This document shows positions 36,985 through 51,259 of a stretch of DNA of 64,000 nt, one piece after another. This DNA comes from Eledone cirrhosa (lineage: Eukaryota). Position 1 is the first letter of the stretch, and each line of letters opens with the position of its first letter. Below the pieces are notes generated by a model. That model saw only the letters and a list, made by a program, of their open reading frames with translations. It was not told the DNA's origin and searched no databases. The DNA lies in contig OZ024759.1 in NCBI GenBank assembly GCA_964016885.1, positions 16,926,001-16,990,000 of the forward strand, read 5' to 3'. A program made the translations under genes and the position numbers.

Positions 36985-37423
36985 ATATAACAAAGGAAGT
37001 GTGGTAAGGAACCAGGTGGACCATAACGTACCAGAGTACTCAATACTTAGGGTAGTAGAGTGGGTAATAGGAAAAGAGTCAGGACCCCCTTACTAGGATG
37101 GTTAGAACTGCGGTGCATATAGTGTAGGTTCTCATTAGGTTTCCTATATGGGTAGTACAAATTATTCTCCAGGTTGAGTGTAGGGAAGTCTGTAGGGTGA
37201 TTTTGAAACCTAAATCCCAGAAGAATTTAATGAGGGGTTTACGGACCCGGTCCGTGCTACTGGGGTTGTACCCTGTGAGAGTAAGAAGCCTGTCATCTCG
37301 GTACAGACCACTGCCGAACGGCGGAAACTTTTTAATGAGTTTATGGAATATGTATAGTCCTATAAGGTCGGTCACCTTAGCTGAGTCAGTCGAGCCCATA
37401 TGGGGTCCTGACTCTTTTCCTAT
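36985..37423 (-). mobile_element. Penelope-like element fragment
   Basis: MGSTDSAKVTDLIGLYI...GLYRDD RT motif; inverted terminal segment; ~45-bp flanking direct repeat; related 3' end at 45740-45945. Confidence 0.75.
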
Positions 37424-37559
37424 ATATATATATACACACATGCTGCATGTGTTGGACAGGTTCTCTCTCAGCACAGCCTCACTCCACAGACTTCCTTCCC
37501 CATGTTTCACTTCCATGCAACATCACATTTCACACACTTGCATCATCTAATTGCCTTTT

Positions 37560-39760
37560 CGTTCATAGAGAGAAACCTTTAGTTGTAAATCTATTGTATT
37601 GAAGGTAATGAAAAGGTGTTGATTGGAATAAAGCAGATTATAGTTCTTACTGCACTGAGCTATAACACCCAAACTGGCTTAAATTTTACAACTCTGGAGA
37701 TGTGAATACTATACTTCAGAATATCCTGAATTCAATATGGACAGCATGTGCAGCATCAGTTCTATGCAAGCACAAAAAACATCCAAAAAGTACAATTTGG
37801 GAGACTGCAGCAGTCAGACTTCCTAGGAAAGAAATTTGTGATGTTGAACGGGAATACAGACTATATAGATCAGAGGTTAATAGAAAAAAGTGCAATAGAT
37901 TATCTAACCATCTCAAGTAGGCGGCAAAAAAGGCAGTGCTTGAATTTGAACAGCGCATAGCAACCAACCCTGACAGTAAAGTGTTCTGGAAATATGTATA
38001 TTCAAAGCAGAGACCTCACTCTCCAGTTGGTCCTCTTCGCAATCCCCAAACAGGCCGGATTACTGACAATCCCAAAGAATGCGCAGAATATATTGCTGAA
38101 TGCTATAAATCAAAATGTACACTCAACCTGGAGAATAATTTGTACTCATATAGGAAACCTAATGAGAACTTACACTATATCCACCTATGACATCAAATTT
38201 TATAGCAATTCTGGAATTTTCACCTGCAATGCTGTGACACTCCCACAAGAATAAATGCAACTATGCCCCGCCTGGTCTTGATGGTGTTACGTACCAGCTT
38301 CTCAAATGTGGTGGGTACTCTCTTCTGCGCCAGCTTTTAACAGTGTTACCCCAGAGCAGTGGAAAACTGCCAGTGTCATTCCTCTGTTTAAAAAGAGTGA
38401 TTGCACATCACCTGACAACTATCGTCTAGTCAGCCTTACTAGCAGCATCGCCAAACTGATGGAGTCCTGAGTCAGAGAAACACTCTGGAATTCTCACAAC
38501 TTTATCAGGCCCTTGCAATTTGGATTTATCCCTAATTCCATACCGGAATCACTGATGGCAGCTCATGGATGGATGTTATTTATCTTGACTTTGATAAAGC
38601 TTTTAATTCTGTGCCACACAAAAGACTTATGGCAAAACTCTCTGCAATGGTTGAAGTCCTTCATTCTCAGTTCAAAAGAGGTAGTCATAGTTCTAGGGCA
38701 GCATTCTTCACTTTATGAGATGACATCTAGTGAACAATAGGGATCTGTTCTTGGTCCCCTTTCGTTTGTTGTATATATTAATGACATAGATGCCAGTGCT
38801 GAAATACGCAGATGACATCCAGCTGTACCTTGAGATAAAAAGTACAGATCCTGTATGCTATAGATCTTTCCTGCAATCAGACCTGGACACAACTGGCAAC
38901 TCAAGCTGGTTGTGGACAAGTGTACCACCATACAATTTGGGAGAAAAAAACCAAGCATCCACATACTCCCTCCACAATACTAATCTTAAGAAGTCTTCTT
39001 GTGAATGTGATCTGGGCATTATTGCCAATAGTGATTTTTGTTGGACGAAGGACATCTCTAAAATTGTCAAGAAGGCTGAGAGTGTCTTACCATCACTTGG
39101 TAAGACCTTTGTCAGCTGCTCTCCAGCTATCTATTTAAAGCTGTGTATAGCTATGGTGCATCCACACTTATAATTTGCATCACCAGTCTGGAACTCCTAT
39201 CTTGCTCAGAATATTGATCTCTTGGAAACTGTTCAGAGATGTGCAACCAAATGAATACCTTCTATCAGGCATCTACTATACTCTGAATGCCTTGCTTTCA
39301 CGGGTATGGATACATTGAAGCTCCGACGTCTGGCAACTGGCTGGGTAGACACCCACAAGATTATTAACCATCTTTCCAACAACAACCCTGATCACCTTTT
39401 TGAATTCTATATGTCTAACTCCCGTGAACATGCCTACAAAATCAGAAAACAGCACATCTCCCATGACTTTCAGAAACATTTTTTCACATTCAGAGTTGCT
39501 GAAGCATGAAACAAACTACCTGCATCAGTTGTTAGCTGTCAGAACACTGCATCCTTCATAATTTTCATGCTTCCCGAAATTGGCCAACACTACACCTGAT
39601 ATTCCCCCTCCATACACATGTACGCATGTGTCTATATCGTGACTCATACACTGCTCACTTTCCTGATATTTGTATATTATCCTATGTGCTATACATGCAC
39701 CTTTGATGAGTTGTAGTTCACCTGAGCACAGTACACAATAATTTTAATTATTATTCATGA
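37560..39760 (+). mobile_element. Degraded CR1/L2-clade LINE (RT + 3' UTR); 3' ends also at 36470-36800, 50860-51255, 63715-63865
   Basis: NYR-VSLTS, YLDFDKAF, GSVLGP, KYADD, HFFT-RVAEAWNKLP; (TAT)n tail. Confidence 0.85.
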
Positions 39761-39791
39761 TTACATATATGTATGTAGGCATGTATACTGC

Positions 39792-39828
<37 letters not shown>

Positions 39829-39865
39829 TGCATATGTATGTGTATGAATGAATGCACATGCATGG

Positions 39866-39934
<69 letters not shown>

Positions 39935-41229
39935 CGAGGGGGGGGGGATCAAAAAGTTTGCAGAATTTTATCGTAGTAAGAAAAAAATAGGTTAAAACAA
40001 TATTAAACATGTCAGAACATTGTCACTGGGTTTACCTTGCTATTAGTCACTTGCAGTCAGTTATGCACGGACTATTGTACAGTACTGACACTCTTTAAAA
40101 AACCTCTTTTTGGAACAATGGAAAATAGTTATTTTGAGATAAGATCGAATATCAAGTTTCTGGTGAAACTCAAATGGAAAGGGTCACAGATTATGGAGGC
40201 TTTAGTTAAAGTGTACGGTACTACTGCTCCAAAGAAAACTGCTGTCTACAAGTGGATTCAGCGATTCAAACAAGGGAGAGACGACCTTGAAGACAACCAT
40301 CGCAGTGGAAGACTAGGGACATCAAAAAATGACCAAAACGTTGAGGCTGCTCAAACTTTAATTGAAGAAGATCGAAGAATAACAGTTAATCAGTTAGCTA
40401 AGTCCCTAGACATTTCATATGGTTCGGCAAATTCAATTCTGCACGATAATTTGGGACTAAGCAAGCTTTCAGTGCGATGGGTCCCAAAAGTGTTGCGCCC
40501 TGATCAGCTGATTCTTCGAAGTGATCTGTCTTTGGCGATATTAAACAAAATTGAAGTTGATGAAGAGCATTTCCTGACCAGAATCATCACCGGGGATGAA
40601 ATCTGGATCTACCAGTATGATCCTGAATCCAAACAGCAGTCAAAACAGTGGCTTCCACGTGGATCATCAGGGCCAATCAAGTTCAAATCTCAAAAGTCGG
40701 ATCAAAAAGTGATGGCCACCATTTTCTGGGATTCAGATGGGGTGATACTAATAGATTATCTTGAAGGTCAAAGAACTGTGACAGGAGCTTACTATGCAAA
40801 TGTTTTAAGGAAGCTGAAAGAGGCATTAGTCAAGAAACGAAAAGGGAAACTTCATGGTGGGATCTTGTTTGACCATGACAATACACCAGCGCATTCTGCG
40901 CGGGTTGCAAAAGAAGTTCTTCGAGAATTTAGATGGGAAGTGCTTCCTCACCCGCCTTATAGTCCAGATTTAGCCCCATCAGACTTTTTCCTCTTTCCAA
41001 AACTCAAAGAAATGCTAAAAGGAACCCGTTTTAGTGGTGTTGAAGAAGCTAAAAACACTGCCAACACATGGCTTCGAACAAGGCCTTAAACTTTCTTTAG
41101 AGACGGCTTACAAAGCTGGAAGCATTGCCTTGTGAAGTGTATTGACCTGGATGGCAACTATGTAGAAAAATAAATTGAAGGTAAATCATATTTTTTGAAA
41201 TATTCCGTGAACTTTTTGATCCCCCCTCG
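39935..41229 (+). mobile_element. Full-length mariner (Tc1/mariner, D,D34D; irritans/Hsmar2-like termini)
   Basis: TIRs CGAGGGG..GATCAAAAAGTT / AACTTTTTGATCCCCCCTCG flanked by TA inside (TA)n; ~1.3 kb. Confidence 0.95.
40118..41173 (+). pseudogene. Mariner transposase with one premature stop (41087-41089)
   Basis: WVPKVL, TGDEIW, HDN-x34-D, YSPDLAPSD; after the TAA the frame continues TFFRDG...[12 protein letters not shown], a typical mariner C-terminus. Confidence 0.92.
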
Positions 41230-41282
41230 TATATATATATATATATATGTGTATGTATGTGTAGATACATAGGTATATATAC

Positions 41283-41500
41283 CTGAGGCAATGCATCAGG
41301 CCGGGATTCAAAGATTACAAGCAACACTCCAACAGGTACTGTGATCTGCTTCAAGTCCAGTCCTTCGGCAATCTTAGAATGACGAATTACACGACCAACA
41401 ATATCTTCCGATGTGGCAGCAATCTGTCTAAGACCACCGGCTAAAACATTCAGTTTCTCCGGAGTCAGTTTTAACCGAGCTATCATGGGTGCCGACAATC
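41283..41500 (-). CDS. ALDH18A1: P5CS coding exon 8
   Basis: [11 protein letters not shown]...[19 protein letters not shown]; 218 nt. Confidence 0.96.
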
Positions 41501-42638
41501 CTAATATGGAGAAATCATAGCATTATTAGAAATGTTATTTTACAACTGTCTTTCTTGTATTAACCCTGTAACATTTACATTACTCTATATATACTATTAG
41601 ATTTTCACAGTAAAGGCTTTATCTTACATAATTATCTCACATAATATCGAATCTATGAGACTTTGATACTATTTATTTTGAGAACATACCTTAACATCAA
41701 TATGAGCGGCTGATTACAGCCGGTTTGAACAGAAAGAGGTGAGAGAATTCTGGCCAGATACTGCTGGTTTAAATGTTAAAGGGTTAAATATTATATCTTT
41801 TGTGAAGGTAATATCCATCCATCCTGCCATACATCCATCAGCCCAACTAGCCACCCCTTCATCCCTGGGTCTTGAACTCCTAATGGAGTTACAGGGATGT
41901 CGTCACAATATACGACCAGTTTGGAGCATTTTAAACCTGGTGAAGCTCCCTCTCCAGTTTTGAACAGAGGGAAAGAAATATAGAAGAATCAACCCTGGTA
42001 CATGACAGGTACTTTATTTCTCAATCTCAAAAGGAAGAAAGGCAAAGTTGACCTCAGTGGGATTTGAACTCAGAGAGCAGAAAGCCTGGATGAATATCGC
42101 AAATCATCATCATCATCAGTATCACCGTTTAACGTCCATTTTTCCATGCTGACATGGGTTAGACGAGTTATCCAAGTATGGCACTGGTACAATATTTATC
42201 AGGCATTAGAATGCTAGCTCTCTGCTCTGCGAGTTTAAATCCAATCAAGTCAACTTTACCTTTCATCCTTTCAAAGTTGATAAAAAAGTACCAGTCTTGT
42301 ACTGGGATCAGTTCTTCCTCTATATCCCTTTCACACTTCTTTTCTATCACTCTCTTCTTCTCTGGAAGAACTCAGCTGTTGGGATGAGCTCCACCAGGTT
42401 TAATAATTTCCAAAGACATGCCATATATCAACATGGCTCCCCTTATGACTCCATCAGTAGTTATAGGTCTATACATACAACATTTATCAACCTCAAAAGG
42501 ATGAAATACAAAGTTAACCTTGGCAGGATTTGGACACAGACTGCAGAGAATCGGGATAAATACTGCAAAGCATTCTATCTGCTGTTCTAACAACTCTGTC
42601 ATTTCACCATCATCAAACAGTAAATATTGACTACTAAC

Positions 42639-42782
42639 CACTCATTTCTGCTTCAAGAATGTCCTTTCTGTTGGCCTGAAGAATTTCATCTTTGCGATCT
42701 ATCAAGGAGTTAGCAAGTCTGTATATGATATCAGCTCTGTCTTTTGGAGAGATTGTTTGTAGAGAACGGCTGCCTTCTCGTG
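42639..42782 (-). CDS. ALDH18A1: P5CS coding exon 7 (start of gamma-glutamyl phosphate reductase domain)
   Basis: AREGSRSLQTISPKDRADIIYRLANSL...ILQANRKD; 144 nt, phase 1-1. Confidence 0.93.
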
Positions 42783-43009
42783 CTGTAAAAAATAGATAAG
42801 GTCATGTAATAAATCAAGATTGATATCTATTAGGGACTGCAAGGCCAAAGGGCTACAAGGGTTTTATCCCCATCACCCACATATTACCATGCATATTTCA
42901 GAAAAAAAGCTATTTTATTAAAATACCAGTATTGAACAATTTTCATGTAGATAAGTGTTAAAACTTTTATATGTAGCTGTGTATATATCTATGTAGGTTT
43001 TTGAAACAT

Positions 43010-43785
43010 AGATGTGTATGTGCAGAGGATATACGCAGACTAGAGAGGAACGAAGCTTGCATGCTCCGCTGGATGTGTAACAGTAATATACGTGAACGGC
43101 AAAGCATAAACGAACTAAGGAAAAAATTAGAGATAAGAGGGATCAGATGTTGTTTACTCGAGAGAAGGCTACGTTGGTATGGACACGTGATGCGCATGAA
43201 AGTCGATAGCTGTATAACAAAGTGCAGGGCAATAAAGATAGACGGTAGTCACGGAATAGGCAGACCTAGAAAAACCTGGGACGAGCTGATAAACTCCGAC
43301 ATCACACACTTACACCTCTCCAAGACAATGTCACTGGACCGAGACCTTTGGCGGTACTCAGTAACAGAGAAGACCCGCCTTACCTAAATATATAGTAAAA
43401 CCTACTCCAGCCAGTAGGCATCTCTAACAAAATACACCCCGTCCCACCACCACCACCCCCACCCGATCCACACCACCCCGTTCTATGTAAAGTTATGTTG
43501 GTGCCGCGCCATCGAGGCCGAAACAAATGAGATCGTGTAGGTGTCACGACAAAAAAACACACAGTCCACGCTGTAATGTGGCCGTGTAGGCAACACGGTA
43601 AAAACCTCCCAGACCCACACTGTAAATGTGGTTGGTGTTAGGAAGGGCATCCAACTGTAGAAAACCTGCCAGACAGTCCTATGCGAGCAAGACAATCACT
43701 CTTGCCTCAAGTGGGACTACCCCCGTCCAAACCCATGCAAGCGTGGAACACGGACGTTAAACGTTGATGATGATGATGATGATAT
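43010..43785 (+). mobile_element. 5'-truncated RTE-like LINE 3' end
   Basis: Near identical to 33165-34025. Confidence 0.88.
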
Positions 43786-44346
43786 ATATATATATGTTAC
43801 ATGTACATGTGTGTTGTGTATATGTAGTCATACGTAGGGTTTTGGAAATGTGGTAGATATGTATGTAGATGTATATAGTCGCCATCAGAGCAGGCATAGG
43901 GCGAACGGAGGCTCTGTAAGCCGAAGTGTAGGCAACTCGTCTAGGGGAGCAGCCACTCCGAATAAATTGGTGTGAGATGGAGAAGCCCCCTAAGTCCAGT
44001 AAGTCAACTTCTCTAGTGCTGGTGGCACGAATAAAAGCACCCAGTCCATGCTGTAAAGTGGAGCTGGTGATAAGAAGGGCATCCATGCAACATGAATGGA
44101 CCTGTTATTTTTCTCTAATAACATTTTTTCTGATTCCTCCCTTCAATCTTTCTAATTTCTCTTTCTTTTTTCTGATGAAGGACTAGCGTCTGAAACGTTA
44201 AGACCCTCTTCCTGTTATTTCAAGCGTTAAACTAATATATTCTCTCCATACACTGTACCGGTTGTGTTGTATTTCTGTTTACCTTTTACATACATACATA
44301 CACACACACACACATATATATATATATAAACAAAACTATTTCTAAC

Positions 44347-44509
44347 CTTGCATAGCTTGCAGTTCTACAGGTGTTCCAGTGACTTGAGCTGTCGTGAAAA
44401 ATGTTCCAACTTGTTTACCCATAATAATGTTCAACAAAGCTTTCTCTTCTGTACCATTACAGATTACTACAGACACACCATTCTGTACAGCCCATGTAGC
44501 GGCCTTCAC
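44347..44509 (-). CDS. ALDH18A1: P5CS coding exon 6
   Basis: VKAATWAVQNGVSVVICNG...VGTFF...; 163 nt, ends phase 1. Confidence 0.93.
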
Positions 44510-45091
44510 CTGGAAATATAAATAGAGAATTAATATATCACATTGGTTTCTTAATTAGGTACTGTAGACACACAGTAGCTGAATGGTTAGGCAGTTCCTT
44601 CTGCAAATAAACATTAATAATAGTATATAATTGTTTCTACTTTAGGCACAAGGCCAGCAATTACCCAGTGCATTACTGGTACTTTATTTTATCGACCCCG
44701 TAAGGATGAAAGACAAAGTTAACCTCGGCGGGATTTGAACTCAGAATGGCAAGGGCCGTAACTCTATGCGCCAAAGCATGGCATCCGACACTCTACCAAT
44801 ACTGCCAATCCACCGCCTTTATAATAGTATATAATAATTTTTATGCAGGGGGTTCTCTGAGACATTAAAACTATTTCAAGGGTTCCAGAAGGGTAAAAAG
44901 GTTGAGAAATGCTGCACTAGAGGCTTATAAGCCTGACTTGTCCAACTATTTTTCATATTCGAAAAACCCTACCCTGTATTGAAGCAGTTTACATTAAGGT
45001 AAAATTCTTTCAATATAAAAAAAATATATCATTAGAAATACAGTAAGAAAAAGGATTGAAAGAATACAAGAGTTAATTCAACTGTACTCAC

Positions 45092-45310
45092 CTTTGATTC
45101 CATGCCACCAAGGCCAACTCTAGATTTTCCTTCAAATACCACTGAAGTATTATCGGTTGTGGGAGAAAAAGTATGGACAAGACGAGAACCTTCAGTACCT
45201 GGTGGACTGGTGTATAATCCATTCACATCTGACATTAATATAAGAATATCTGAGTCCATCTCCACAGCAAGACGTGCAGCTAAACTGTCGTTGTCTTTCA
45301 GACTGATCAC
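45092..45310 (-). CDS. ALDH18A1: P5CS coding exon 5
   Basis: [15 protein letters not shown]...SDVNGLY...GLGGMESK glutamate kinase motifs; 219 nt. Confidence 0.97.
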
Positions 45311-45535
45311 CTACAAGTAGTAAAGAATCTTATGAAGAAGTCAGACACTTACAAAGACACTTTCCTTCCATGTTCTGTGAAACTTTGATAATAATTAATA
45401 TGCAATATTTAATGTGAAATACACCAGATAAAGTTTATTTGGTTATAAAAATTCGTGTTAGTCTCTTAGATTTGAAAAAGGGCTATGGACAGAGCACTTT
45501 CTTCTCAGAACTTACACAATCAGTAACACAACTTT

Positions 45536-45611
<76 letters not shown>

Positions 45612-45818
45612 TACATATATATATATATATACATATATATATGGGGGCATAAAGATCTCCAACATTCTTTTTTTACATCCCTTCAAAACGTGGGAGATCT
45701 TTATGCCCCACCTTGTATATATATATATATATATATATATAACGAAGGAAATGTGGTAAGGAACCAGGTGGACCATAACGCACCAAAGTACTCAATACTT
45801 GGGGTAGTAGAGTGGGTA

Positions 45819-45945
45819 ATAGGAACCAGTAAGACCCCGACGGCTGAGCTCAAGCCGTTTCGACGGCTAATTCTGGACTAATTCAGTCCAGAATTAGCCG
45901 TCGAAACGGCTTGAGCTCAGCCGTCGGGGTCTTACTGGTTCCTAT
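45819..45945. repeat. Perfect hairpin, 61-bp arms, 5-nt loop
   Basis: Direct reverse-complement match. Confidence 0.95.
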
Positions 45946-45946
45946 A

Positions 45947-45995
<49 letters not shown>

Positions 45996-46186
45996 AATAG
46001 GGAGACACACAGGACAAAGACAATTGAAAAAACAACAGGAAAAACGGAGTCTCATCTTCTCAGTCAACAGTTTCGGTACATTAAGGTTGATACTGTTCAT
46101 TCTAGTGCACATTGGGACATAATTCTATGTACTATACATGCACCTTTGATGAGTTGTAGTGCACCTGAGCACTGTACACAATAATT

Positions 46187-46217
<31 letters not shown>

Positions 46218-46308
46218 AAAGCAGTTAGAGACAGGACAAGTTATGCCTTTTGGCTGTGTGTGTGTGTGTGTGCGTGCGTGCGTGTGTGTGCGTGTGTGTG
46301 CGTGCGTG

Positions 46309-46381
<73 letters not shown>

Positions 46382-48429
46382 ATGTATGTATGCAACAAGG
46401 AGAAAATGACATGAGAACAATATGATATAATAATTGTTTCTACTTTTTGGCACAAGGCCAGCAATTACCCCAGTACATTACTGGTACTTTATTTTATCGA
46501 CCCCGTAAGGATGAAAGGCAAAGTCAACCTCAACAGGATTTGAACTCAGACCGTAAAGGGACGTAACTATGCTGGAAAGCATGGCGTCCGACGCTCTACC
46601 GATACTGCCAATTCACCGCCCTATATGATATAATAATGATTGGTTTAATGCTTAATATAGATGGAAAAGTTTATTAAAGTTTCAGGTGCGTATCCTTCAT
46701 TGGAATATAGAACGAGTGAGAAGAGAGGATGTTTGGGGGAGAGAATAAAAAGGAAGGGAGACGAGAGTAAGAAAGGAAAGAAAATGAGGAAAAGGTAAAT
46801 AGGGGGGAAAGCACATATTGTTAGCCGGCCATCTTGAGAAGTGATAATTTCAGAGAGGCAAGATTGTTGAAGAGTCATTGAAGGTGAGATAAGCATCAAT
46901 AAGGTTGAAAAATATGTGTGTTTGTATGAAGCTGGGGAGCATATGAAGGTCATGATGTGCATCAGACCATGGCCTTTTGGAGAGTTATTGCTTATGTATT
47001 GTTGTGTATATGTATGTATGTATGTATGTATGTAAATATGTACACACACAATTTAGTTGTTTCTAAATGATCTTGTTATTTGTGAAGTTATGGGTGACAT
47101 TTTAAATTAAATTCAACATCTTGGGAGTAACATTTAAAGAATTTAAAAAATATTATACACTACAGAAAACATAGTGTTAAGAGCATTAAATAATACTAAG
47201 TTTGATCACAGTTAGGTGTTAATGTGGTAGGTTATTACTAAATATTTAACTACAATTAGTAAAACAACATACAAAAGAAGAATATCTAAGACCGTTTCCT
47301 TAACAATATCTTAACCGTTTCCTTACCATAGTTCTAATGAAAGAGACTGTCTATGGTTTTCAAATCATTTAGAAAATAAAGAAGAATTTGGTGAGATTTA
47401 GTAACAGTATCGTAACTGTTTTCTTACCATATTTCTAATCATTTGGAAAGAATTTGGTGGGATTCCTTTACTACATTTCTAATGAAAGACACTGTCTATG
47501 GTTTTCAAATCATTTAGAAAGAATTTAGTGGGATCTGGTGGTAAAATCTTAACCATTCCTTTACTATATTTCTCATGAAAGACACTGCCTATGGTTTTCA
47601 AATCATTTAGAAAGAATTTAGTGGGATCTGGTGGTAAAATCTTAACCCATTCCTTTACTATATTTCTAATGAAAGACACTGTCTATGGTTTTCAAATCAT
47701 TTAGAAAGAATTTAGTGGTAAAATATTAACATTTTCCTTACCATATTTCTAATGAAAGACATTGTCTATGGTTTTCAGATCATCAAGAATATGGTGGGGT
47801 TTATTAATAATATCTTAATGCTTTCCTTACCATATTTCTAATGAAAGACACTACCTATAGCTTTCAAATCATTTAGAAAATAATCAAGAATTTGGTGGGA
47901 TTTAGAAATATAATTTTCTCATTACAAAGCTGATGTTTGGAACATAAAGCTCCTTACATAAAATTATGATAGATTTAAAAAAAAAAATATGAACATTATA
48001 AAATAAACAGCTTTGTATAATAGAATTAGAGGTGGTTTTGGGTGACTTAGTAATAAAAGGGTTAAATATGTTTTCTACAATAATCAGAAAGAAGAAGAAG
48101 CAACAAGAAACAGAAAGATGGGTGCATGTATATGAAATTCTGCAGACACACGCACATATATCCAAAGTGTAGAGCACGCAGTCCATGGGAAAAGATTTAA
48201 TATATTATTAAATTCAATACTACAAAGAAGACATAACATGAAGAAATAAAAGGCCATGTGTTTCATTTAGCAAACCCAACTTATTAGATATCAAATTGCC
48301 TGCAACTGCTTTTGACTCTATGATATAAATCTTTATTTTAAAATGTTTCTAATTTATCTCAAAGCCTTCTATCATAATCTTATGTATGAATCTTTATTAA
48401 GTTATGTTCCAGACACCAACTTAATAATG

Positions 48430-49265
48430 GTTTCATTATCATATTTCTAAAGAAAGACACTGCCGATGTCATTAACCCTTTCATTACAATATTTCCAATG
48501 AAAGACACTGTCTATGTCTTTAACCCTTTCATTACCATATTTATAATGAAAGACACTGCCTATGTCTTTAACCCTTTCATTACCATATTTCTAAAAAAAG
48601 ACACTGTCTATGTCATTAACCCTTTCATTACCATATTTCTAATGAAAGACACTGCCGATATCATTAACCCTTTCATTACCATATTTCTAAAGAAAGACAC
48701 TGCCGATATCATTAACCCTTTCATTACCATATTTATAATGAAAGACACTGTCTATGTCATTAACCCTTTCATTACCATATTTCTAAAGAAAGACACTGTC
48801 TATGTCATTAACCCTTTCATTACCATATTTCTAATGAAAGACACTGCCAATATCATTAACCCTTTCATTACCATATTTCTAAAGAAAGACACTGCCGATA
48901 TCATTAACCCTTTCATTACCATATTTCTAATGAAAAACACTGTCTATGTCTTTAACCCTTTCATTACCATATTTCTAAAGAAAAACACTGCCGATATCAT
49001 TAACCCTTTCATTTCCATATTTCTAATGAAAGACACTGCCTATAACTTTCAAATAATTTGAAAATAATCAAGAATTGGGAGGGATTTAGTAATATAATTA
49101 ACTATTTCATTATTAAGCTGGTGTTTGGAGCATAACTTACAGGTTCTCGAATTAAATTATCATGGCAGATTTGTATTTTTAAATAAATACAAACCCTTTA
49201 AAATAAACAGCTGTGTATCATAGAACTACTGGCAGTTTTAGGTGGTTTGGTTTCAAAAGGGTTAA
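48430..49265. repeat. 48-bp x ~12 minisatellite built from the left end of a TTAACCCTT MITE; related ~83-bp repeats at 47300-48065
   Basis: Each unit contains TTAACCCTTTCATTACC; element closes with AAAAGGGTTAA at ~49255-49265. Confidence 0.85.
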
Positions 49266-51259
49266 AGAAAACCAAAGACCATTGTAGAAGAGATAGATGA
49301 AATGGGATAGAAAGATACAACTCAAATTTTGGCCAAAATGTGTAAATGAGGAATTAACATTTACCATAAATACTTGAATATAAGACGAGGAATAGGAGAC
49401 TGAAAAATTGATGGTAGACGTTGGGGTTGGCTATATCGACAGTCGATCAACAAGATACTAGACCTCATTTGCTTAACGAGTTGGGTGGAGCTTGTCAATT
49501 TGGACAGAAGAAACAATGTTTCCATTGGTCTTGCAAATCCAGGCAGAAGGAGCAACGTGAAATAAAGTGTCTTGCTCAAGGTCATAAAGCATCGCCTGAC
49601 CTGGGAATCAAACTCACAACCTCACAATTACGAATCCAATTCTCTAACTATTCAGCCACGCATCTTCACTTCATTATATTGGGTATATTTTGACGATTTT
49701 CACCAACTTCAAATTCTACATAAATAAGGTTTGGATTTTTGCCCATTTCTCAGACATAAAATAATTGTTTCTACTTTAGGCACAAGGCCAGCAATTACCC
49801 AGTGCATTACTGGTACTTTATTTTATCGACCCCGTAAGGATGAAAGGCAAAGTCAACCTCGGCGGGATTTGAACTCAGATCGTAAAGGGACGTAACTATG
49901 CTGGAAAGCATGGCGACCCTCTACCGACACTGCCAATCCACCGCCCTCAGACATAAAATAATGGGGTCGACTTATATTCGAATATAATCAGTAATTATGA
50001 AGGAGGCAACATTGGGTTTTTATTAATCCCATCACTATTTTACATCTATTTTCCATGCATGGGTTAGACAGGTTGACAAGTCAGATGACCGTGTCATGCT
50101 CATACATTCCATTCTGGCATAGTTTCTATGGCTGGATGTTCTTCCTAATGCCAACCATTTCACATTTCCAGGGTTTATTGTATTTAAATCGCAGTCACAA
50201 CCTATAGCTAATGACGGTATTGACATAAATTTACAGAATTTGCAAAAACATAGCAGCTAATTCTCCTAACCCTAAGAAAAATGGGGCAGTCAGCGCTAGA
50301 ATGCCTTTGTCATAGAACTGTTGAATCAGGACTGACCTGGAGTTAAAGATCAACAACAACACTAAGCAACCCTCAACATGGCTAGAAATAACAGCTAAAT
50401 CTTCCTTAAATTGCACTACTACTTTAAAGAATGAAAGGATACAGATAATATAGTTATAGATAACCCTTAAAAAAATGGGATGGCCATATCTGGAATGTCT
50501 TTGATCATATATGTGCTCAACCAGGGATGACCAACGTAAATAAAACTACTCAACATTAACTTTTGATGTCTTGTACTTCATGAAGCCACATTAGAAAGGC
50601 ATTCTTGGAAAATACAAAACAGCAATATGACAACATCACATTAAAAATTATCTTTAGTTAACAAATGATCTGTCCATTAGAAAAGATACTATAAACATTT
50701 AGTAAAAAACAGTACCATGGCTGTATCACATTAATTTTCATAATAGGACTAGGAACCCTATTATTAAAATTTAGATGGGGCCAGCTAAACCTACATTAGT
50801 GTGAATTGTAACAACTTATGTATTGGTGTGTGATAGAACTGGGGCTCCCATCATTAATATCCCATCTCGCCAACAACAACCCTGAGTACCTTTTTGATCT
50901 CCATGTGTCTAACACACGTGGACATGCCTACAATGTCAGAAAACAGCACAGCTCCCATGACTTTCGGAAACATTTTTTCACACTTAGAGTTGCTGAAGCA
51001 TGGAACAAACTGCCTGCGTCAGTTGTTAGCTGCCGAGACACTGCATCCTTTAAAACCCTCATGCTTCCCGAAATTCGCCAAAACTACACCTGATATCCCC
51101 CTTCCATACACATGCACACATGTATATTGTGACTCATGCACTGTTCATTTTCCTGACGTTTGTACATTACCCTATGTACTATACATACACTTTTTGATGA
51201 GTTGTAGTGCACCTGAGCACTGTACACAATATTTCATTATTATTATTATTATTTTTAAT

